64,000 bases of DNA from an uncultured virus (IMG/VR IMGVR_UViG_3300048580_000163) (IMGVR_UViG_3300048580_000163:1-64000); one strand, 5' to 3'. Shown: positions 1 to 7,940, counted from the stretch's first letter. Notes: generated by a model not told the origin, from the letters alone. Translations and numbers: made by a program.

Positions 1-638
1 ACGTGGTTTTGTATTCTTTGTACTGCTTTATCGTAGTACTCTTTATCCAATTCACAACAAGTCAATTCAAATCCGTAATCGTGGCAAGCTATTGCAATAC
101 TTCCTGAACCTAAATGTGTGTCAAGTATTTTATCGTTTTCTTTAGCGTATTTATCTAACAACCATTTGTAAAGTGCTACTGGTTTTTGTGTTGGGTGTAT
201 TCTTGTTTCTTTATTACTCATATCGTGCTGAATCATTCCGTGCCAAGATATATTTACAAAGTCTAATTTATTTAACCAACTAACCCAAGCTAATTCTCCT
301 GTGCTATAAGTAGGCATTGTTACATTCTTATGCCAATAAATCATTCCGCCAACTAAACCAAAATAATTAGCACCCCAAACAATCTGTTTTTTTGATACTC
401 TTTTTAATTCATCAAAATATTCATCTGTGGGAATATCTGAATCCCATAATTGAGAACCGTATTTTTTAGATTTTGTTGCTGATTTTTTAGTTTGCATTTT
501 ATCTGTACTATTTTTAACATCTGCATCAATTCCATAAGGTGGGTCTACAATAGCTAAATCAAAATAGTTATCAGGATAACGTGACATCAAAAGCATATTG
601 TCCTCGTTCGTTATTGTTATTTTATCTGTTATTTGCAT
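1..638 (-). CDS. DNA N6/N4 methyltransferase (beta class), 3' end runs off window
   Basis: Manual translation from ATG at 638: MQITDKITITNEDNM...IVDPPYG...HPTQKP...DTHLGSGSIAIAC; absent from ORF track because no stop in window. Confidence 0.9.
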   Translation of the reverse strand, partial: MQITDKITITNEDNMLLMSRYPDNYFDLAIVDPPYGIDADVKNSTDKMQTKKSATKSKKYGSQLWDSDIPTDEYFDELKRVSKKQIVWGANYFGLVGGMIYWHKNVTMPTYSTGELAWVSWLNKLDFVNISWHGMIQHDMSNKETRIHPTQKPVALYKWLLDKYAKENDKILDTHLGSGSIAIACHDYGFELTCCELDKEYYDKAVQRIQNH

Positions 639-737
639 TTAATATTTTTTTATATAGTTCGTTTACCGATTCTTTATTGCAACCTCTTTTATAGTAGAAA
701 TTAATTACTCTTTTAATTCTTTGTAGGTTTGTTTGTT

Positions 738-947
738 TCATAATCTATTTTTAATATGTTCTACAATTTTTTTAGCCTCTCCTTCTTTTAACGGAATATT
801 AAATAAGCTATTGTGGTAAGTCTCTAAAATTTCAATAGCGTAATCGTCTGCTATTTGTTCGCATTGTTTTGCGTATCTTCCAGCCTCTCCATCTGTATTA
901 ATACTTACTTTAGGTTTAAACTTTTCTCTTAATGTCATAACGTACAT
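738..947 (-). CDS. Small phage protein with EQIADDYAI module
   Basis: ORF track; module shared with 5371..5592 and 58507..58752. Confidence 0.6.
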   Translation of the reverse strand: MYVMTLREKFKPKVSINTDGEAGRYAKQCEQIADDYAIEILETYHNSLFNIPLKEGEAKKIVEHIKNRL

Positions 948-1066
948 GTTTATTTTTTATGTGATTCATTTCTTTTGTTTTCTCTAAAACTTCTTTAGCT
1001 TTTAAAGTAGTTTCTTTTTGAATTTCGTAGGATGTAGGGATTCGCTTTCCTACTAAAACTATGCTT

Positions 1067-1333
1067 TTACGCTTGGATAATTTCGACATTAATCTTGTAA
1101 TTTAATTTTTTACACGCTTTTTGCAAAGTTTCAAACGAACAAACTACTTGATTATTTAAAATATGGTTTAAATGTGAGTAGCTGATTTCTGTTTCTCGAG
1201 CAAATTCTCTTTGGCTTATTCCTTCTTTTTTGAAGATTTCTAATAATTGTTTTGTAGTCGGAATTTTTGATAATTCGCCAACCATTTGTAAAGAACAAAT
1301 TAAATCTTGTGAGTAAAAGCTTTTGTAATCCAC
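1067..1333 (-). CDS. XRE-type HTH DNA-binding protein (start possibly 1285)
   Basis: GISQREFARETEISYSHLNHILNN...ETLQKAC pattern. Confidence 0.8.
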   Translation of the reverse strand: MDYKSFYSQDLICSLQMVGELSKIPTTKQLLEIFKKEGISQREFARETEISYSHLNHILNNQVVCSFETLQKACKKLNYKINVEIIQA

Positions 1334-1539
1334 ATTGAAGCATTTTCAATATCTGTCATTGCTAATGATTTCAATCTTCCGTGTTCACTTCCATTTTGTT
1401 CAAGAGCATCAATTCTATTTATGACTTTTGCAAGTTCATATTTCAACTTTAAATGCTCACTACATTCATTGGTCAAGATGTCATCAAAATTAATTCTCAA
1501 TCTTTTTTCTCCTAACGATAATTCTCTTTTTAATTCCAT
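1300..1539 (-). CDS. Putative Acb2/Tad1-like helical-hairpin nucleotide sponge (anti-defence)
   Basis: LGEKRLRINF...RLKSLAMTDIENASMWITKAFT resembles the Acb2-like hairpin; paralog at 17206..17448. Confidence 0.55.
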   Translation of the reverse strand: MELKRELSLGEKRLRINFDDILTNECSEHLKLKYELAKVINRIDALEQNGSEHGRLKSLAMTDIENASMWITKAFTHKI

Positions 1540-1547
1540 AATATTTA

Positions 1548-1578
1548 TAGCATTTTACCTTTCAATCGGGTTTTAATT
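1548..1578 (-). promoter_or_regulatory. Conserved 31-nt leader motif, copy 1
   Basis: AATTAAAACCCGATTGAAAGGTAAAATGCTA, 8 nt before ATG; 27/31 identical to 17457..17487. Confidence 0.7.
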
Positions 1579-1709
1579 TTCATCTTTAAAAAACATTAAT
1601 ACTTTGTGAGTTTTTGCACAATAAACATAAGTTCCAAATCCTCGTGAGCCAAAGCCATAATCAAAATATACTCTTTGTCCTAACATAATTTATATTTAAA
1701 AGCACCATC

Positions 1710-1845
1710 GCACAACAGCGTGTTTATTCAATTGTGGCATAAGGTTTAATTCAATGTTCATTTTGTACTCTTGTTTTCTTTTTGCTTAATCGAAAGGCTA
1801 TTGTGTGTCACACCACGCTGAAATTATAGCGGGCAAACGTTATAT
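1710..1845 (+). repeat. attC-like site 1 (degenerate/chimeric arms)
   Basis: GCACAAC-A ... CAAAC-GTTATAT; inner arms pair only partly. Confidence 0.65.
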
Positions 1846-1851
1846 AATAGC

Positions 1852-2118
1852 TTACTCAACTAACTGCTCAAAGTTATCTTTGAAATATTGTTCAGAAACT
1901 AACCACTGGTCAAAGTGGTTTTTAGGGTTTCTTGAAATCATATCTCCAATTTTAGGACTTCCGTTGTTTTTATCTGCATCAGAAATAGATACATTATAAC
2001 CAAATGGGTATTCAGATATATGAATAAATCCGTGATTATTAAACACATTAATATCTACTTCTGTTACTTCTCTCATTTCTGCAATTTGACTTCTTCTGAA
2101 TTGTTTAAAATTTTTCAT
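1852..2118 (-). CDS. Cassette A cargo: small phage protein (start 2118 or 2154)
   Basis: MKNFKQFRRSQIAEMR...GSPKIGDMISRNPKNHFDQWLV; stop abuts the cassette arm. Confidence 0.75.
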   Translation of the reverse strand: MKNFKQFRRSQIAEMREVTEVDINVFNNHGFIHISEYPFGYNVSISDADKNNGSPKIGDMISRNPKNHFDQWLVSEQYFKDNFEQLVE

Positions 2119-2142
2119 AATATTTGTGAATATAAAGCCATC

Positions 2143-2274
2143 ATATAACAGCATATTACCGATATGGCTTGGCTTTGGTTAATCCGAAATGTGTCGGCTC
2201 ACTTTTTGTTTGTTGTTTATTTGTTTTCGTATGTGTTTAAATACGCCACATCGTTAATATGCGGAACGTTAGCA
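2143..2274 (+). repeat. attC-like site 2
   Basis: ATATAAC-A-GCATATTACCGATATGGC ... GCCACATCGTTAATATGC-GGAAC-GTTAGCA. Confidence 0.85.
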
Positions 2275-2445
2275 AACAGTTTGTTTGTATTGTCCGCAAT
2301 TCAAACAACCGTATGTGCTACATCTGTGTACCTCACATTCAATAAATTTTCTGTTAAGCAAACAAACCGATTTGCTAACATCAGGTATATGCAATTTTTG
2401 CTTTCTACCTGTAAATAATTCTTCTAATTTTCTAAGTGTTATCAT
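2269..2445 (-). CDS. Cassette B cargo: 58-aa Cys-rich protein starting inside site 3
   Basis: Manual translation MITLRKLEELFTGRKQKLHIPDVSKSVCLLNRKFIECEVHRCSTYGCLNCGQYKQTVC; stop is the TTA of GTTA. Confidence 0.65.
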   Translation of the reverse strand: MITLRKLEELFTGRKQKLHIPDVSKSVCLLNRKFIECEVHRCSTYGCLNCGQYKQTVC

Positions 2446-2493
2446 TTTATTTAATTTTAGTTTAAAACTGCATATACCTGAGTGCCGTTAGCA
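2373..2493 (+). repeat. attC-like site 3
   Basis: TGCTAAC-A-TCAGGTATATGCAATTTT ... AAAACTGCATATACCTGA-GTGCC-GTTAGCA. Confidence 0.85.
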
Positions 2494-2499
2494 GTAATA

Positions 2500-3483
2500 C
2501 TACATTCCATCTCCGAATGAAGTTACTACGTTAAATTCTTTTTCTTTTCTTTTTTCTTCCACCCTCTTTAAAGAAATATTAAAATACTTTTTGGTATTAT
2601 CTATTCCAATAAAGTTTCGGTTTAAATTTATACAAGCAATTCCACTTGAACAACTACCCATTGTGTTATCTAATACAATTTCATTCTCGTTTGAGTATGT
2701 CTTTATCAAAAATTCCATCAACGGTATAGGTTTTTGAGTTGGATGTAAGCCATTTTCTCTGTTATACCTCAATATGCTTTTTGGATAACCTGTTTTGTCT
2801 TGTATGTATGTTTCTCTTTTACTCTCACTTGATAAATGTCCAAGTGTTCCTGCTTTACCTTTGTTTGATAAAATCAATTCAGTATCATCAAGTTTAAGGT
2901 TATATGTAATTTTTTTTACAGTTGAAAGTATTTCATTGTACTTATTTTCAATTCCAAATAAATCACATATTTTAGTCCATTGTTTTTCAGTTGGTAATTG
3001 GGAACCATTCATTTTATTTGTAACCCAACCTGTCATTCCACCTGTTCTTGAAAGTTCTAATTTAGAAACATCAATTTGTTTCAAGTTAAGTCGTTTCATA
3101 TTTTCAATCATAATATCAGCAAACTCCATATTCGGTGTTTCATTATAAAATACTGATATGGTTTCGTGTATTTTCAATGGTTGATAATTTACTAATTGAA
3201 AGTTCCCTGCATTGTTCTTTTCCCAAATCCAATCATATTTATACCAATCTAAATTAGAAGTTCGCAATAATGATGAAAATGGTTCTGAACCAAATAAAAC
3301 AATCACACCTTTATCTTTAATAATTCTTTCATATTGTTCCCAAAGTTTATCAAAAGGTATAATTATATCCCAAACACAAGAAGTCGTACCATAAGGCAAA
3401 TCACAGCAAATAAAGTCAATACTTTTATCAGGTATTAATTTCATTTGTTCTATTGTATCTCCGTATCTTAAATCTATTGTCAT
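2500..3483 (-). CDS. Cassette C cargo: DNA N6/N4 methyltransferase with inserted HTH-like domain
   Basis: DLPY motif IV, HPTQKP, DNTMGS motif I; helical insert at about aa 119-181. Confidence 0.9.
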   Translation of the reverse strand: MTIDLRYGDTIEQMKLIPDKSIDFICCDLPYGTTSCVWDIIIPFDKLWEQYERIIKDKGVIVLFGSEPFSSLLRTSNLDWYKYDWIWEKNNAGNFQLVNYQPLKIHETISVFYNETPNMEFADIMIENMKRLNLKQIDVSKLELSRTGGMTGWVTNKMNGSQLPTEKQWTKICDLFGIENKYNEILSTVKKITYNLKLDDTELILSNKGKAGTLGHLSSESKRETYIQDKTGYPKSILRYNRENGLHPTQKPIPLMEFLIKTYSNENEIVLDNTMGSCSSGIACINLNRNFIGIDNTKKYFNISLKRVEEKRKEKEFNVVTSFGDGM

Positions 3484-3574
3484 AATTTTATTTTAATATT
3501 TTTCCACCGCACAAAAAAGAAAAGAAAAAGGTTTCGTTCTTCGATTGAGTATTTGTGGTTTAAATCCGTACTAC

Positions 3575-3668
3575 TGCTAACAGCGTATATAAGAAATGGC
3601 ACAGAAACATTTGTTATTAATTTCAACATTCTGCAAGTACCACTTCTCATATACACAAAACGTTATAA
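3575..3668 (+). repeat. attC-like site 4
   Basis: TGCTAAC-A-GCGTATATAAGAAATGGCAC ... GTACCACTTCTCATATACAC-AAAAC-GTTATAA. Confidence 0.85.
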
Positions 3669-3675
3669 GAAATAG

Positions 3676-3897
3676 CTACGATTCGTTTTTATAATCAGGT
3701 TTAAACTTTTTATTATAATAAATATCTGCATCACAGTTATTTTCAAACCCATCATTAAAAGCTTCTGTTATTTGAATCATTTCCATTTCTTTGGCTTTGT
3801 TTACAATATGTATATTATATTTTGGATGAAATTCATATCCATTTTTATTTTGATTTTCAATATAATCTTCTAACCATTCTACTGCTGTTTGTTTCAT
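3676..3897 (-). CDS. Cassette D cargo: MKQTAVEWL-type small protein
   Basis: ORF track; paralog of 4010..4243. Confidence 0.7.
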   Translation of the reverse strand: MKQTAVEWLEDYIENQNKNGYEFHPKYNIHIVNKAKEMEMIQITEAFNDGFENNCDADIYYNKKFKPDYKNES

Positions 3898-4009
3898 CTT
3901 ATTTGTTAAATGTTTTTTTAATTGTTATTGTAATTCCACCATGATATAAAAAAGCCCAAGCCAATACTATCAATGCAAACCCTGCTAATGCTAAAAATAA
4001 ATCCATATC

Positions 4010-4243
4010 TTATTTCTTTTTAAATTTTGACATAATCTCATCAAACTTTTTACCACTTTGAGGGTTTGGATTGCCAATATTATCAAGAGTCCAATTAACT
4101 ATTTCGTTGGCAATCAATTCCACCTCCACGTCGCTAAATCCTTTTTGTTCCTTTTCCATTTCTTTGGCTTGTTCAAAATCATATTGATTTAAACTTATGT
4201 TGTTCTTGTACCTGAATTCTAACCATTCTACTGCTGTTTTCAT
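4010..4243 (-). CDS. Cassette D cargo: MKTAVEWL-type small protein
   Basis: ORF track; shares TAVEWLE and AKEME motifs with 3676..3897. Confidence 0.7.
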   Translation of the reverse strand: MKTAVEWLEFRYKNNISLNQYDFEQAKEMEKEQKGFSDVEVELIANEIVNWTLDNIGNPNPQSGKKFDEIMSKFKKK

Positions 4244-4246
4244 TTC

Positions 4247-5374
4247 TTATTTATTTTTAAATTTTTCTAAAAAATATTTTGCCGTTTCTTTTGAAACAGA
4301 ACCTTCTTGATTAAATTCTTCATACATAGATAAAAATTGAATTAAGTCAATTATTTCTTCCTCACTATACATTTTATTGTCTTGTTCTTGTTGCCATTTA
4401 GCACCTGCTTCAATACCTTCTAAATATTCAGTAGTGCAAGTTCCATAGTAAGGTTGAGAATTAATAAACTCTTCAAGTGTTTCTTGTTTAGGTTCTTCTT
4501 TTGGAATATAATCTTTTCCCAGCCAAACTGTAACTTTTTTACCATCAATAAAATCTTCGTGAAAATACTCTTGGTGTTCTTCATGAAACATTACTTCTTG
4601 ATTATTTGGATTTACAGACTTTTCCAAACTTTGTGTAAATTTTCTATTGAAATAATCATCTTCATCTGTTGCGTATGGAAATATAGTTTCTTCATCAAAT
4701 CTACCTTGTGAATATGCTTCTTTTATATTATCTTCTTCCTTTTGTAACCAAAAAGAAATATCCTCTTTTTTAAAAATAGTTTTTACAGAATTTAAACTTC
4801 TATTATTTACTAATTCAATTAATTCCATAACTAAACTATTACCATAATCTCTTGCTTTTTGTTTAGTTTCTTTTGATGTTTCAGACATTATTCTCTCTTT
4901 AGTTGATTGTTTTACTTCTTCTTTTGGAATGATGATGTCATACATATTTTCGTAATAACTTGGTTCATCATCCACGAATCCCGCTATTAATGATTCAATA
5001 TCAACAAACTCACAAGTAGGATTCTTAACAAACCATTCTAAAAACTCATCATCAATAGCTTGTACACCATCTTTTATTAAGTCTTGGTCTGTTGTTAAGA
5101 TGATTTTTTCACAAGCATTTAATACTTCAGTAACTCCATCTTGAAATCTAATTATACCTATATTTGATTTAATTTCTACTACTTTATGGACTAATTCTTC
5201 AGAACATAAACACCAATCTCCATCTTTAATTTCTTCATCATTAGTAATGTAGATGTTTTGATACTGTTCTTCATCCTGAATAGGTAATATTTCTTTACAT
5301 AAATGAAATTTGTTAGTAAAGAATTTAACTAACCTACTTGGTTGAGGTGTTGGTAATATGTATATGTTTTTCAT
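4247..5374 (-). CDS. Cassette D cargo: mosaic acidic hypothetical protein
   Basis: 375-aa ORF with recurrent IPKEE modules. Confidence 0.75.
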   Translation of the reverse strand: MKNIYILPTPQPSRLVKFFTNKFHLCKEILPIQDEEQYQNIYITNDEEIKDGDWCLCSEELVHKVVEIKSNIGIIRFQDGVTEVLNACEKIILTTDQDLIKDGVQAIDDEFLEWFVKNPTCEFVDIESLIAGFVDDEPSYYENMYDIIIPKEEVKQSTKERIMSETSKETKQKARDYGNSLVMELIELVNNRSLNSVKTIFKKEDISFWLQKEEDNIKEAYSQGRFDEETIFPYATDEDDYFNRKFTQSLEKSVNPNNQEVMFHEEHQEYFHEDFIDGKKVTVWLGKDYIPKEEPKQETLEEFINSQPYYGTCTTEYLEGIEAGAKWQQEQDNKMYSEEEIIDLIQFLSMYEEFNQEGSVSKETAKYFLEKFKNK

Positions 5375-5592
5375 AATTCTTTTTTAAATATTTCTAATAG
5401 TTCTTTTGAAGTTTTGCCGATATATTTTTTATCCATTATTGAACTTTTACTAATGTACCAATTTAAAAAATCAATAGCGTAATCGTCTGCTATTTGTTCT
5501 AATTCTATTGCTGTATCTAAATCTATATTTAAAGTTGCAGTTGTGTTTTTTTGACTTATTTTAAGTCTTTCAAACTCTTCTTTTAATTTCAT
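5371..5592 (-). CDS. Cassette D cargo: EQIADDYAI-module protein
   Basis: ORF track; ATGA overlap with next gene. Confidence 0.7.
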   Translation of the reverse strand: MKLKEEFERLKISQKNTTATLNIDLDTAIELEQIADDYAIDFLNWYISKSSIMDKKYIGKTSKELLEIFKKEL

Positions 5593-5621
5593 AATATTTA
5601 GTTTTAATTACCCGCTACTTC

Positions 5622-5699
5622 TTATAACAGGTGTTTGTAAATACCAGCCGAAAATAAAATGCGTGTAGGCTGGCATCTACAAGCACCGAAACGTTATTT
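5622..5699 (+). repeat. attC-like site 5 (right end of array)
   Basis: TTATAAC-A-GGTGTTTGTAAATACCAGCC ... GGCTGGCATCTACAAGCACC-GAAAC-GTTATTT. Confidence 0.85.
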
Positions 5700-5861
5700 C
5701 AATTGACTACTTATTAGTTCATAGTAAGCATCACTCTCATTCCAATCCTTTATAAGTGATTGCTTTATTACTTCAAGTCTACCAACTAAAAAAGTATTCT
5801 CTAATTGTTCTGCAATATACATTAGTTTATCTAATTCTGCAATAATTTCTACTTTATTCAT
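5694..5861 (-). CDS. 55-aa hypothetical protein whose stop codon lies in the array junction
   Basis: Manual translation MNKVEIIAELDKLMY...YYELISSQLK; TAA is the TTA of GTTA at 5693. Confidence 0.65.
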   Translation of the reverse strand: MNKVEIIAELDKLMYIAEQLENTFLVGRLEVIKQSLIKDWNESDAYYELISSQLK

Positions 5862-5864
5862 ATT

Positions 5865-6050
5865 TTAAAATAATTTATCATACATTTCTTCCTTTAACTC
5901 AATACAATCTACTTCATTCATTATTGATAATATATCTGTACCATTGTAATAAACTGAATTAAGCACTATCTCTGGTCTTAACTCTGGATCATCATCTATA
6001 GTTTTGTAGTATACATTAACTATTTCACCTCTGTATTTAAAGTGTTCCAT
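5865..6050 (-). CDS. Hypothetical protein
   Basis: ORF track, packed in early operon. Confidence 0.6.
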   Translation of the reverse strand: MEHFKYRGEIVNVYYKTIDDDPELRPEIVLNSVYYNGTDILSIMNEVDCIELKEEMYDKLF

Positions 6051-6245
6051 ATCTTATTTATCTTTAAATTGTCTTAAGGTATTTCTTTAGTTGTTTAATG
6101 CTCAGGAATTCAAATCTAATATCTTCTGTCTCATACAATACAAAGCCACTGCCATCTGAGAATAGTTGTATCATATTAATATCTCCACTCACTTTATTTA
6201 ATTTCTCTAATTTTTTAAGTATTTTTTTCATCTTATTTATCTTCT

Positions 6246-6593
6246 TTAAATTAATTTAGCTACTTCTTCTACACTTACAATAGTGTACCCTTGATTCTCT
6301 GCCATCTTTCTCCAGTAATTCTTAGCCTTAATATCTAAAGCCTCGCAAATATCTGTAACACCATCGAATACAATCTCCTTGCCTTTAGGAGATAATACAG
6401 TAATCATCTTAGATACCCTACTACTCTTACCTACTAAATCTTTTGGTCTTGTCTTATTGTTAACCCTTACATACTCAACACCTTCAAAATCATCTTGAGT
6501 AAATTTATTGTAGTCCTTGTAGTTTAGTTTGTTTAGGTGGTGATTCCTTAATATCTTAGCCACCTCAAATAATGTGAATTTCTTTACTTCCAT
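6246..6593 (-). CDS. Hypothetical protein, possible NUMOD1-like C-terminus
   Basis: KEIVFDGVTDICEALDIK. Confidence 0.55.
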   Translation of the reverse strand: MEVKKFTLFEVAKILRNHHLNKLNYKDYNKFTQDDFEGVEYVRVNNKTRPKDLVGKSSRVSKMITVLSPKGKEIVFDGVTDICEALDIKAKNYWRKMAENQGYTIVSVEEVAKLI

Positions 6594-6614
6594 TTTACGT
6601 TATTATTTTGTTTC

Positions 6615-6818
6615 TTAAATTACTTCCCAATCGCCATTTATTATATGGCAATTTTTAAATCTACCTAAGGATAGTTTCCCCTTATCATTAAGGAAGGTAA
6701 AGCCGTACTGATTATTCCATATAACATCGTACGCCTTACCTCTTGTTATAATACCCTTAACTATTTGGTTTCGTATATCTATAGTACACCTAACCTTCTT
6801 CATCTTCTTCAAACTCAC
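6615..6818 (-). CDS. Hypothetical SH3-like small protein
   Basis: KVRC...ITRGKAYDVI...NDKG. Confidence 0.55.
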   Translation of the reverse strand: MSLKKMKKVRCTIDIRNQIVKGIITRGKAYDVIWNNQYGFTFLNDKGKLSLGRFKNCHIINGDWEVI

Positions 6819-7211
6819 AATGCTCTAAGCAGTCTGCACAAAGTTCATTAAATATGTGGTGTCTACCTGCACCACAGCAATTACTATATTCTTCCATATC
6901 TTATCTCTATTTAGCGCCTCTCACTCTCATTAGTTTAAGACTTCGTTTAAATCTACGTTATATATTACACTTGCTTGTAGTGTTAAGGATTCTAAATCAA
7001 GGCAGAGAAGTTCAAACCAAGTATTATCACTCGGTTCAAACAATCTCATTTGCCAAAATTCATCTACTCTATTTACTACTATTAATCTTTGGTGGTTTGT
7101 CCTTACCATACATTATTTTTCTAATGGTTATTAATCCGAATAACGACTCCTTACGCCCTATCTTATTGTTCTTATCATCAAAGATTGTTGTCTCTCTTAT
7201 AAGTAATTGTA

Positions 7212-7940
7212 TCATACAGTCTCGACTTCATTCTCTATGACCTCCATATCAGCATCTATAAGACCATCTAAGCGTTTTAATATAGTTTCTGAGGTATACA
7301 CTACACTTGAATCCCAATAGTCCTCCATAGAGTCTATATATCCTTCCCTTAAATCATCTTCAACCTCACTTGAATCTCTGTATTCTTGTAAGTATTCGTG
7401 AATACCACCACTATATTCTGCGGTCTTAAATAACTTTGCATCTGTATAGCCGCCTCTAGCATCAGCACCATTGTGTATTTGAATTAAGTAGTAGGTATCT
7501 CCATCAATTTCAAGTCTACTGCCTTGTAATATCTGTGATAGATCTGAGTCTCCATTGTATGTATTGAAGGTGTACTCTACATTAACCTCGTAATTATTTT
7601 GTAGCCACTCGGCTGCTCTATTTGATACGCCATATATAGACTCTCCAGGAAGTTCACCTTCCCAATCTGCTGGATTATTGTTACGTCTATTAAACTTCTC
7701 GCATACATCATCTAATTCAAGACCACATAAGTAATGGAATACAGATACGTTTCTGTATATATCATTGTACTTCATATCGAATTGGTATGATTCTTCATGC
7801 TCATTCATAAAGTCCTTGATTGATTTCTTTTGGTTACGTTGCCAACCTCTACCATTTACACCTCCTGAGTCTAAGAAGTGAGTGCCTGTGTTTTGAGTTA
7901 ATAAGTTATAAACCAATCTTTGTACTGCATTTGTTTTCAT
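7212..7940 (-). CDS. Acidic early protein
   Basis: 242 aa; HFLDSGG and QIHNGADARGGYT motifs. Confidence 0.7.
   Translation of the reverse strand: MKTNAVQRLVYNLLTQNTGTHFLDSGGVNGRGWQRNQKKSIKDFMNEHEESYQFDMKYNDIYRNVSVFHYLCGLELDDVCEKFNRRNNNPADWEGELPGESIYGVSNRAAEWLQNNYEVNVEYTFNTYNGDSDLSQILQGSRLEIDGDTYYLIQIHNGADARGGYTDAKLFKTAEYSGGIHEYLQEYRDSSEVEDDLREGYIDSMEDYWDSSVVYTSETILKRLDGLIDADMEVIENEVETV

Larger units (their letters stand above)
1840..5693. mobile_element. Integron-like gene-cassette array (4 complete cassettes, no integrase in window)
   Basis: Five attC-like hairpins; each cassette's 5' GTT arm is the near-exact reverse complement of its own AAC arm. Confidence 0.8.

Noticed and set aside
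1805..2491. Plus-strand ORFs 1805..1999, 2164..2418, 2285..2491 as normal-orientation cassette genes
   Set aside because: They straddle site boundaries and are antisense to better ORFs.
1710..5699. CRISPR array or plain terminators
   Set aside because: Units differ in sequence, spacing is gene-sized, there are no U-tracts, and the arms are permuted between sites.
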